This document shows, piece by piece, positions 28,353 to 37,678 of a DNA stretch of 64,000 nucleotides. The notes under the pieces are model-generated. The model did no database searches. It was not told the origin of the DNA and was given only the letters and a program-made list of their open reading frames with translations. Source of the stretch: Phyllosticta citribraziliensis (taxonomy: Eukaryota); the NCBI RefSeq assembly GCF_038025025.1, contig NW_027117339.1, positions 124,001 through 188,000 on the forward strand, in the 5' to 3' direction. Made by a program: the position numbers and the translations under genes. The stretch's first letter is position 1, and each line of letters starts with the position of its first letter.

Positions 28353-29236
28353 TCAAGCTGTCTTGACGTGATCTGTGACCTGGAAGAGGTCAAGCTCGCG
28401 GCAGAGAAGTGGCACAAGTTCAATCGGCATACACCTGCTGTGCTTCTTCTCAAGCTTCTCCTTGATTAGAACATGCATGTCTTGGTGGACATTGCCCTTC
28501 AGTTTGTCCATGAGCTTGACCGGGCAATTTCCATGTTGGGCGCCGACTCTTTCCAGCCAGCCGTCGAGGGAGGACTGGCCACCGGGCCGTTGATCGTTCT
28601 GAGGCACCGTGTCGGTGGCAGACTTGGCCGCTGAGATGATGAGGCTGCTGGGAATATGAGGCCGCTGGGAACATGAGGCCGCTGGGAACACGAGGCCGCT
28701 GGGAACACGAGGTCACTGGGAACATGAGGCCGCTGGGAACATGAGGTCGCTGGGAACACGAGGCCGCTGGGAACATGAAGCTGCTAGGAACATGAGGCCG
28801 CTGGGAACATGAGGTCGCTGGGAATATGAGGTCGCTGGGAACATGAGGTCACTAGGAACATGAGGTCGCTGACGTCCTTAATCGGCAGGTACCGATCATC
28901 TCGCGCCTCGGACTCCTCGTCAAATACCATGGCGAAGAGGTTGCGCAAGCGCGAGTTGGATCTGCGATAGTCCGTCGGTCTGCCCCAGGAAAGACCCAGG
29001 GTCTTCAGTCCAGGTAAGAGCTTCTTGCCCTTCAACGGGTTGCTTTGTAACCTTCTGGTACTAGTTGGACCATTGAACATCTTCAGCAGGTAGCTGGATG
29101 CCCGCCTCTCACGGCTGATCCAGATTGAATCATCGCCGGCGGTCATCCTGATCCGTCGTGGGTTTTCGACGAACTCCACGCTGATGTTCTTGTTTTCGAA
29201 CCTGCCTTTGAAGGTCTTGATCTCGAGTCCGGCCAT
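28353..29236 (-). pseudogene. Orphan gene copy A, interrupted by a 17-bp VNTR
   Basis: N-part MAGLEIK...NPLKGKKLLPGLKTLG and C-part ...SLDGWLERVGAQHGNCPVKLMDKLKG... lie in different frames on either side of the array; both parts align by eye with copy B. Confidence 0.7.
28641..28871. repeat. 17-bp minisatellite, 13 units plus a partial, consensus GAGGYCGCTGGGAACAT
   Basis: Units read directly with exact 17-nt period from 28641. Confidence 0.97.
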
Positions 29237-29299
29237 TATTAGACAAGTTAGTATGGGGAAGTAAGAATAAGGTTGAAGATTATTTAATATGGGTGGAAG

Positions 29300-29600
29300 G
29301 CGGAGAACCTAACACTTTAGGAGAAGATACGGGGGGTAGAGAACTAGTTATCTAAGGGGAACGCACAAGAGGTGGAGAACTAGACACTTTAGGAGAAGAT
29401 ACGGGAGAGGTAGAGAACTAGTTATCTAAGGGGAACACACAGGAGGTGGAGAACTAGCTACTTATAGGGAACACATAGGAGGCAGAGAAGAAGGCCTTTC
29501 TAGAGAAGGTATAGGAGATAGAGAAGTGGAACTTGAAGGAGAACACATAGGAGCCGGAGAACTAGTTACTCCCAGAGAACATGCGGGAGGCGGAGAACGT
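29300..29600. repeat. Degenerate 18/36-bp minisatellite with GRGAAS core
   Basis: GAGAAC at 29303, 29339, 29375, 29413, 29449, 29557, 29593, with GAGAAG/GGGAAC at the intervening half-periods. Confidence 0.85.
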
Positions 29601-30512
29601 CGACCAGGACGCCGCACATCTGCTTCGGCTTCGGCTCATACTTCTCGGAGCGGCGACCGGAGGCGGCTTTAGCGATCAGGTGGGTCTCGTAATCGGCCAT
29701 GATGACCGGCATGAATACTGTCTTGAAGACGTCGTTGAAAGACGTCTCGTCTCTGGTCATGTCTGGGCGACCAATCGAAAGCGGGTTGTCGCCCATCGGC
29801 TTCTCGACAACGGCATCCTCTTCTTTCTGACCGGCGACAAACTCGCCGTGGTCCCGCTTCCGGCCTCTGGTCTTCGGCTTGGTCTTGGGGCAGTCGGGGT
29901 AATCGCCCTGCACCCATGCCGTGAAGACCACGGTGTTGTCGTGGTCGGCAGCGATGAGTCTCATCTCGCCAAGGAGCTGCTCCAGCGCGTCGTCTGACAT
30001 TTGACGTCCGTGTTGCTCTTCCAGCTTGGCCTTCAGCCTGGGCTTCATGGCGTCAGGCACGTCGCCCTTGCGGGCATCCATCATGGTGATGGGAGAATTG
30101 CCGGCCGTTGCCAGCCAAGGCGCGAGCGTGTGGTTGCCCGGAGGCGGCGGCGGAGGCTGAGCACCAGGCGGAGGGGGCGGGAGAGGCTCGGGCTCATCGT
30201 TGCGCTCATGGTGGGCTCACCGAACATCTGGATCCAGACTTGCCGCATCGTGTTATAGCCTTTTACGGTGTCGATCGAACGGTTGAGCGTTACGCCCAGC
30301 GCCTGGAGGTGCGGCACGAGCGTGTAACCCTTCATGGGGTTCTTTTCCATTCGGGTGATGGACTCGGCACCAAAATAAATGTACGGCTATGGCTTGCCGT
30401 TGCGCTGCATGGTGATGAACATGAAGTGACCTTCTTCGGTGAACTTCATCCGCTTGGATTGGCGGATGCCCTCCATGGGCGGGTTGTCCCGTTTCTCGAC
30501 GTAGTTGGCCAT
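29566..30512 (-). pseudogene. Orphan gene copy B (paralog of copy A) with a premature stop and a frameshift
   Basis: MANYVEKRDNPP...NGKP*PYIYFGAESITRMEKNPMKG (TAG at 30387-30389); frameshift near 30210 before HERNDEPEPLPPPPP...TLAPWLATAGNSPITMMDARKG. Confidence 0.72.
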
Positions 30513-30574
30513 ACTGTCAGGAGAAAAGCTGGAGGAGAGCCTGAGGCGGGATATCAGTAACTGCAGCTGCTAAT

Positions 30575-30740
30575 GGAGATCTAGGTTCAAGAAGAGGAGA
30601 AGTGCCCGCTTACGGAGAACACGTAGGAGCTAGAGAAGGCCATAGCTCGCAGAGATCTAGATTCGAGAAGAGGAGAAGCGCCGACTTATCGAGAACACGT
30701 AGGAGGTAGAGAAGGCTGGCATGGCCCATGGAGAACATGT
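30575..30740. repeat. Two ~76-bp direct repeats with GAGAAC/GAGAAG cores between divergent ORFs
   Basis: GAGATCTAG..GAAGAGGAGAAG..CTTA..GAGAACACGTAGGAG.TAGAGAAGGC at ~30575 and ~30651. Confidence 0.85.
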
Positions 30741-30871
30741 CAGACACAGCGTGGGATAACCATGTAAGGACTCAATAGACTGCCGTGTTCTAGCATTGGA
30801 TCCGAGGAGGCTTTAGGGGCAAGACGACGAAGCCAGAGAGGAAGAGGGCGAGGAAGACGAAGAAGAAGACA

Positions 30872-31471
30872 ATGCCATCTGGCCACCATAGCACCTCGAG
30901 CAGGCCCCACAAGAGGGCCAAGCACGATTCAGAAAAACGCCACGTCCTCGAAGACCTCGTATACAATTCACTCACACCAGTGGTTGACGGCGAGCTCGAG
31001 AAGCTCAGACTTGTCCAGGAGGCGACAGGCGATTTCCTTAGTCCACTACAGTTGGACTTTGGAGCCCTTGTTGGTGAGCTCCAAACCATCATCAAGGAAC
31101 GCCAACAATTTGCGAAAAAGACTGGAGACTTTGCGGGCGCCTTTAAGGACGTCGAAGCCATCACCACGACGCTTGCTCAGTGTTGGGCTGAGAAGGCTAG
31201 AATCAGGAGATCCTTAATGCTCTCCGGATGGGGTGACAGCTCTCCGGAACTTTCCCTTAAAGGAGAACTAAATGTTCTCCTCTCTAGAGAGAGCGCCAGT
31301 TCTCCGGAACTTCCCCTTCAGGGAGAACTAGGTGTTCTCTTCTCTAGAGAGAGCGCCAGTTCTCCAGAGCTATCCCTTAAGGGAGAACTAGTTGTTCTCT
31401 TCTCTAGAGAGAGTGCCAGTTCTCCACAACTTTCTTTCAAAGGAGAACTAGACCTTCTCTCCTCTAGATAG
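30872..31471 (+). CDS. Hypothetical protein, basic N-terminus, helical core, C-terminal 20-aa repeats
   Basis: Intact 199-aa ATG-started ORF; RPHKRAK NLS-like patch; SSPELSLKGEL.VL.SRESA-type unit x4. Confidence 0.5.
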   Translation: MPSGHHSTSSRPHKRAKHDSEKRHVLEDLVYNSLTPVVDGELEKLRLVQEATGDFLSPLQLDFGALVGELQTIIKERQQFAKKTGDFAGAFKDVEAITTTLAQCWAEKARIRRSLMLSGWGDSSPELSLKGELNVLLSRESASSPELPLQGELGVLFSRESASSPELSLKGELVVLFSRESASSPQLSFKGELDLLSSR

Positions 31472-31476
31472 AGCAC
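31237..31476. repeat. 60-bp tandem repeat x4, internally palindromic
   Basis: Exact 60-nt period over four sequence lines; units contain AGTTCTCC-N16-GGAGAACT, GAGAAC-N5-GTTCTC and TCTCTAGAGA. Confidence 0.95.
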
Positions 31477-32324
31477 TATTTCCTAAGACGCAAAATTTTG
31501 CCGTCGCTAGTTGCGTAAAAGAGGAAGAAGAGACGCCGGAGCTTTTTTAAGACTGCGCCGTGTAGTGTTATCCTCACCCATGTGTGGCATCATTCTGGGA
31601 TCCTTGCTGCCGGCAAGAAGATTCGCAAACGAGAATGCAGGTGGCTCAGTGCGTGGTGACGACTGCGGCCCCTTCCCCTTTGCTGGTACCTATTCCTTGC
31701 TTTGATTCTTTTGGGGCGACATTATGGTCTTTGCCGAGGCGCCCGAACTGGAGTGCTGCACCGGGATGAGCGGACATTTCCATGGCCGATACGCGGCATT
31801 TTACTTCTTCTTCTTCTTTTCTTTCTTCATTCGATTTTAGAGAGCGACATTCTACGCTTCGCAGAACCACACGAGATGGGATGATAAGAGATGAGCGGGC
31901 GATTCGGTGGTCGACATGCGGCAAAAATCCATTTTTTTCTGATTTATTTTCTGGTCCCTGCAAAGTAGCTAGCACTCTACATTTGCCTCTGCCTTCAAGT
32001 GCAACCTCAGGTGGCTGTAGTTTTCAGATGTGTTAAGACAGGCAAAGGACTTTTAGAAAGAAAATGTCTTGAATAGTGACGGAAGAGCATCAAAAGTGCC
32101 ATTTTCCCGAACGCATTGCGCTGAAATTGCCAGTCACAGCGTGGAGAACTCGTTGATTCGGGCGGAGTGCGGACAAGGAGCATTCGACCGACGTTGCGCA
32201 GCGCGGCGAGGAGCGTTCAAGCCGCAGCGCAAAAGAAGACAGGGAGTTCTTGAGCTTTGTCGGGTCCAATGCCCAGGATCTGCGAGTGGGATTGTGAGCG
32301 GTTGCACGCCCCGACCTCTGCATT

Positions 32325-32831
32325 ATGCTCAGCGACCGTCCCAGCCAGTAGGAACTCGACCCTTTCGAGGTCACCGTAAGTTGATCGTTAGAACGTCAGA
32401 GACGAATAAAGCTGAGTACCGGTCTAGCACGAGGCCCCCTCCCACGGAACACTCCTCACCGAGCAAAAGAAGCGCACCACCAACACCGCCATCCTGGCCA
32501 TCAATATCAAGGCCGAGACGTTCAAGATGGAGACGCTCGTAAGTTTTGTTGCCAGACTTCGAGAAGATACTAAATTATCTCGCAGGACCAGATTGCGCTC
32601 TCGAGGCTTCTGGACATGAAGGATGTTCTGGACAAGCTGGTCTTGGAGACTGGTATTCATCAGCATTGCTTTGGCGAGCTGGGCGGCATTCTCAATGTCG
32701 CCGCAACCAGTGACGTTCCTGACGCCAGCGGCTGTGACATCAAGGAGGCTCCCAGGGGAAGCTTTAGGACGTACCTGAGGGGCCTTCATTGCAGACATAT
32801 ACTCTGCGATCAAGAATCCAGACTAAGATAG
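32325..32831 (+). pseudogene. Three-exon orphan gene with a premature TAG in exon 1
   Basis: ATG 32325, TAG 32349-32351; GTAAGT..TAG intron 32376-32426 and GTAAGT..CAG intron 32539-32585 splice in frame to HEAPSHG...METL|DQIALSRLLDMKDVLDKL...SRLR*. Confidence 0.6.
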
Positions 32832-33248
32832 TGGATTAAGCTGCACTCTCAAAGCCATCTGAGAAAGTACCAACTGAAAATCTGAAATCGCAGGGCGAAG
32901 AGGGGAAAACAAAAAGGAGAAGCCCTTTCTTTGACCCTTCTCTGGCAGATCCGCCAGCGCTCTACATCTTGCCTTTCCGATAATCAAGCTAAAATCCACA
33001 ACAAAGAGCTGTTCTGGTGGTCGCCGCATGTTGACATGAAATTTGCAAATACAAAAATCAGACTGGCGAGCGGAAACTGTTGGAAAACAATACAATATAA
33101 ACGAGAGGAAGGAGAGCAGTTTGTCAGGGCCGGCAGCGCAAAAGCAGAGCGGAGCCCAACAAGAAGGTATGATCGGATTGTGCTCCACAGTCTGGAAGTG
33201 TAATCCCCAAGCCAGCCCACGCGTGGTGAGGGTTACCAGACTGGGAAC

Positions 33249-33850
33249 CTAGTCCTCATCTTTGTCCCAACAGCCGTACAAAGACAAATGTGCCTCGAAG
33301 TCCTGGCTGGTGGCAAAGGCCTTGCCACACGAGCACTCCCAGTACGCGACTTCGACCGTGCGGAGGTGCTTGACGTGCTGCAGCCACTTGTCGTGGCTGC
33401 ATGCCTTCTTGTCCCAGAATTTGCCACAGCTGTGGCACTTGATGGCCGTATCTGGCGATGGGAGATTGGCGAGCGCGGTGAAGAAGGGCTCGCAATGTGA
33501 TTCGATGCCCAAGGATCGTGCCATGGACTTGGCATCATTGATCGACGCCAGCCACCATGTTGATCTCCCGCTCCTGATCGCGTGCGCCGATGGGTAGTCG
33601 GCCTTCAGTTGGGCTTGAACCGTCCTAGAGTGACCTGCAAACTTTTGGCCAGAAGGAGAGTGGAGATATGAAACGAAGAAGTCGCAATGCTTCAACTCCC
33701 CCTTCAGGCGGATAGTCTGGCGGTAGTCGCTGTTGTATCGGAGGGCGTGGTAGTTTCTGTTCTTTGAAATGATTGGTTTCCTTTGCTGATAGGGTCTGTT
33801 CTCGCCATCCTCCACGTTCTCACCGTGATCGTTGGTGTCGTCGAGGAGGG
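33249..33850 (-). CDS. KilA-N/APSES-like domain plus Cys/His zinc-finger protein, copy 1 (5' end uncertain)
   Basis: WWLASINDAKSMARSLGI resembles the APSES terminal W.PL..A..LA...G helix; CHSC-x17-HVKH and CSC..H..C fingers; aligns with copy 2. Confidence 0.55.
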
Positions 33851-33859
33851 AGGGAGGGA

Positions 33860-34440
33860 AGGGGGGGTTGGAGCAGGGGAGAGTAGAGAGGGAGGGAGAG
33901 AAGAGGATCGAGTGTGTATGCAAGGAGCATTCATCTGGTGAGGCGTATGCGGAAGGCTTTTAATGGCTTCATCGCCCTCATTATCCTGCTCAGAGTCCCC
34001 GGCCTAGAACAGTCGGGGGAGAGGGGGGAGGGGGAGGAGAGAGAAGAGAGAAAAGAGAAAGAAACAGCGTATATGTGCAAGGAGCATTCATCTGCTAAGG
34101 TGCCTGCGGAAGACTTTTGATAAAGCCATCGCGCTTGACATCCTGCTCGGAGTCCCTGTCCAGGAGAGTCGGGGGAGAGAGGAGAGAGAGTCTGTGTGCA
34201 TGGAGCATTCGTCTGCTGGGGTGTCTGCGGAAGGCATTTAATGGCGTCATCTCCCTCATGATCCCGCTCGGAGTCCCCTACCCAGGACAGGAGGGGGAGG
34301 GGGAGAGAGGAGAGAGGAGGGTGAAAAGAGAAAGAAACAGCGTGTGTGTGCAAGGAGCATTCGTCTGCTGGGGTGTCTGCGGCAGGCATTTAATGGCGTC
34401 ATCTCCCTCATAGTCCTGCTCGGAGTCCCCTGTCCAGGAT
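33860..34440. repeat. Four 120-160 bp tandem modules (GA-rich tract plus conserved ~75-bp core with GGAGCATTC)
   Basis: Cores TGCAAGGAGCATTC.TCTG...TGCGGAAG...TCCTGCTCGGAGTCCC anchored at 33924, 34081, 34202, 34354; minus-strand reading DSEQDYEGDDAIKCLPQTPQQTNAPC repeats. Confidence 0.9.
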
Positions 34441-35490
34441 AGTTGGATGGTGCAGAAACACGCATCCAAGATGCTGGGCTTTCTGCCTGCAGCTTGAATG
34501 CTCCCTGTTACCCCCCGCCGGAATCCTCGGGCAAGACGATCGAGACCCGGTTCCAGTCATAAACGCGTCCCCGCATCGACATTCGCGGTAAGCGAGTTCT
34601 TCCGGTGCAAATCTACGGTCGTGTTGAATGTGCCTTGTCCAGTTCTTGAAAGGCATTTTTGTCTTGTCCCAGCTCAGGCGACATTGACCGCATCGTATTT
34701 TCTGGTCGGCAGCAGGACGATTGGCGACTGCTTGAAAAAAGTGTACACATTGGCTTAGTATACCAAGCTTCTCGGCATACGTACGGGCATCCTGAAGAGG
34801 TAACAGGATTATCGACTGCGTGCCCTTCTTGAGCAGGAAGCGCTGAGGGAAATCCTGCTCAAGCTGTTGTCTGTCGACATCAGCTGCTGAAATTCCAGCC
34901 ATCTTCCACATGAAGGTGGCATAGCAATATCCTTCCTCAATGTGGGCAATCAATCGCTTTGTTGTCGGAGGATCGCTGGAAAGCCTCATGTATATGTTGC
35001 TGGGGTTTTGGTAGACGAGAGGTTTCGGGGGTTCACCACCGCTCGTGGTGCGCTCTTCGATACGTTGGGTGTTTACCTGGGAATCTAACAGCTCGTCCAG
35101 CTCCTTGTCGTTGTATTGGGCGGTGACTTTGTCTTCAGCAGCAAGTGCTGCTGACCTCCGGGCCCTCTGTTCATATCTCGTCACTTCTGGTTGGACGGTG
35201 GCTTTCCTCTTCCGCCTTGGCCTTTTGCTCGCGGGTTCCGTTGAGTCAATGGGTTGCGTAGGCAGGACGAGCTGTTCTGCTTCCTGGACCTGGGCTGCCG
35301 GTGGTGGGATAGCACTTTGTTTGGCGGCTTGGTCTCGTCTCTGGGGCGCTTCACATGCCCGATCAATTTGCTCTAGAGCAGTGTGTAGCTCTTCTTCCTG
35401 CTCCGATGCGTAGTTACGGATGAATAATCTTCGTGAGGTCAGAAACCTCCCGGCTCCTCCTCGCTGGGGATCCAGTGGACTGTCATATTT
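34408..35490 (-). CDS. KilA-N/APSES-like domain plus zinc-finger protein, copy 2 (ends uncertain)
   Basis: EGYCYATFMWKMAGIS and LLPLQDARTYAEKLGI match the APSES ..NATQILKVAG and WIPL..AR.LA...GV pattern; CGQC..HIQH and CRC; KRPRRKRK NLS-like patch. Confidence 0.6.
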   Translation of the reverse strand, partial: KYDSPLDPQRGGAGRFLTSRRLFIRNYASEQEEELHTALEQIDRACEAPQRRDQAAKQSAIPPPAAQVQEAEQLVLPTQPIDSTEPASKRPRRKRKATVQPEVTRYEQRARRSAALAAEDKVTAQYNDKELDELLDSQVNTQRIEERTTSGGEPPKPLVYQNPSNIYMRLSSDPPTTKRLIAHIEEGYCYATFMWKMAGISAADVDRQQLEQDFPQRFLLKKGTQSIILLPLQDARTYAEKLGILSQCVHFFQAVANRPAADQKIRCGQCRLSWDKTKMPFKNWTRHIQHDRRFAPEELAYRECRCGDAFMTGTGSRSSCPRIPAGGNREHSSCRQKAQHLGCVFLHHPTILDRGLRAGL

Positions 35491-36200
35491 ATGGTGGGAG
35501 GGAGGCAGATTAGGGAGAGAGAGGAGGAGAGAGGGAGGGAGAGAGAGAGAGAGAGAGTGTGTGTGTGTGTGTTTAGGGAGCATTCATCCGCGTATGCGCT
35601 GGACAGGATTCGGGGTAGCAGTGGAGTAAAGCCGCCGCGCAGAGCTTGCAGGCTTTTCATCTTTCTGGCAGGAGCTTGAACGCTCCCTGTCACGGGGCGC
35701 CACACGGATTGAATGATTCTTGAACACTACTCTCTTTCAAGCACGAAGGCTTCCTGTAAGTACGAGCATCGTCGTAGCGTAAACATGTGAACGTATAAAC
35801 CTCCGATCTTGCAGAATCCTGCAGCTTCGCGAAGGATATTGTGTCGCCTCTAGGCCTAGAGGCGTCTGCCGTCCAGCTAGAGATCCAACGGCAAGGATTT
35901 CTTCGCTTAGTTTGTCGAGGCGGGAGAAACGTGATCATTTGAACTATCCATTCCCGACGATCAAATCGAATGTGGCGAGCTCGCAGAGGTGTTGATATGT
36001 CCCTTGTGTGAAGACTGTGGCAAACGAAAAAGCGGGAACAATTGAACAATGGCGACGATTTGTCGAAAAGTTCAGGGGCTCAGCCATAATGATTGTCAAT
36101 GACGAGGTTCTCTTCACGAAGATGGATGGTTCTGAGAGACCGGGGACTTCTATAGTCCTTGAGATATCGCCGATTCGAATAGCTCGCGAGCCGAACTGGA

Positions 36201-36560
36201 TCAATTCGAAGGGTAGCACTTGTTCCACCGCGGCTGTCCCTCTACACTGTCCTGTACATTCTGACAGCGGCGGGAGCATTCGTGCGGTTGAAGAGGTGCG
36301 TCTGGGGAGCATTCAAGCTCTGTCTCGCTCTGTCTCGCAACAGTGGACATCAGGGCGTAGTAGTTCCCATTCTTCGAAATGATTGGCTTGCCACGTTGGT
36401 GGGGTCTACCCTCCTCCTCTTGGAATTCTTCATCATCAATGCTGGTGTTTTCGTTGCCTGGATCAAATGGGTCATCACTATCATCCCCGATGCCAAGTAG
36501 CTCGTCCTCTCCAGTGGCCTCATACTGGTTTGCAGTCTGCTGTTGTGCCACTAAAGCAGC
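36201..36560 (-). pseudogene. Truncated third copy of the KilA-N-like family
   Basis: GRPHQRGKPIISKNGNYYAL vs copy 1 NRPYQQRKPIISKNRNYHAL, also similar at DNA level; similarity stops after this; same upstream GA-tract/GGAGCGTTC module. Confidence 0.6.
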
Positions 36561-37630
36561 AGCTCTGGTAGCCCTGCGGTTGGTTGGGAGAGAGAGAGAG
36601 AGAGAGTTTGTGTGTGTCCAGGGAGCGTTCGTCCAGTTGAAGGGTAATGCCTCTGCTGTATGATGCCCTGTAGGCCAAGTGACTCGTCCTATCTGGTGGG
36701 CTTGTACTGATCTTCGTAGGTAGGGTGTATTCCGTGGCTGCGCGCTTCTGTTTTTGGCGTGGATCTTTGCAGCTGTAGCGGCAGTCTGGTTGCCCTGCGG
36801 TTGGTTGGTGTATCTCCTGGGTGTCTTTAGTACCAGGCGTAGAGAGGTCGGGATAAGGAGGAGTAGCGTTGCTAAGAGTTGTATCTTGACGCCTCCTTTT
36901 GCTGTCTGCGGCTTGGATTTGGGTCCGGGCCGGGAGAGATAGCGTGACTTGAGTCTGTCGAGGGCTCAAAAGTGAGCCGCCAGGGAGTATTATGCGCTGG
37001 ATGGGTGCCCTTTGCTGCTTCGAAAATTTCGCGGCTTCTCCAAGCCCGGAATTACTCTGCCATGTGGGTTCCAGATCTCGAATCTCGAATGCTCCTCCCG
37101 CGTCCACCGTGGGAACAAACGGAAAAACCCCCCTGTACGCCTTGTCGGCTCTCGGCTGCTTCCTGGCCATTCCAGTATTTACCAGCGGAGCATCCCTGGT
37201 AAAGAGGTTCTCCTGGAATAGGCATTTCATCCACAACGATCTCCGTCCCCTGTGGTAGTGTTCGATGGACCACGCCGAGGGCATGTCAGGCACTCGCACT
37301 CCTGGACTCCTTGTGGCTTTTCCCATTCATTGGATGACTTTGGGTCCCTTGTTCGTTTTCTGGACATGCGAAGATATCGAGGATGACCAAAAAGGAATTG
37401 AGTGAGTTTTTGTTTTTGTCCGGTCCCCAGGGTATGCGAGTCTACGATCCGAGCCATGGGAAAGTCGTCAAGTGAGCCAGGGTTCATCAAACCCATCCAC
37501 AACACAAGAACCAACCCTCCAAACATCAACAGCGAGCAAATCAACAAGCACAACAACCTTACCCCAACAGCCGCCCTCGCTCTCTCACAAGCCGAGGGCC
37601 GCGCAGGTGGTCAAGGCGCCGCCAGACACG

Positions 37631-37638
37631 TATAAAAG
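37631..37638 (+). promoter_or_regulatory. TATA box upstream of the 157-bp duplication
   Basis: TATAAAAG followed by a CT-rich stretch. Confidence 0.4.
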
Positions 37639-37678
37639 GGCGATTCTCCTCCGCCCAACTCCTCTCCTTTGCAACAAC

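Noticed and set aside
28620..28900. VNTR removed as an intron
   Set aside because: The GT donors I tested (GTCAGC, GTACCT) with the nearest CAG acceptor give the wrong frame
28641..31476. CRISPR-like interpretation of the 17-, 36- and 60-bp arrays
   Set aside because: Units are contiguous with no unique spacers, there are no cas genes, and the context is eukaryotic
36520..37326. 268-aa minus-strand ORF in the island
   Set aside because: No motif or paralog support and it runs into a GA microsatellite; it may be an upstream exon of copy 3, but this is unsupported
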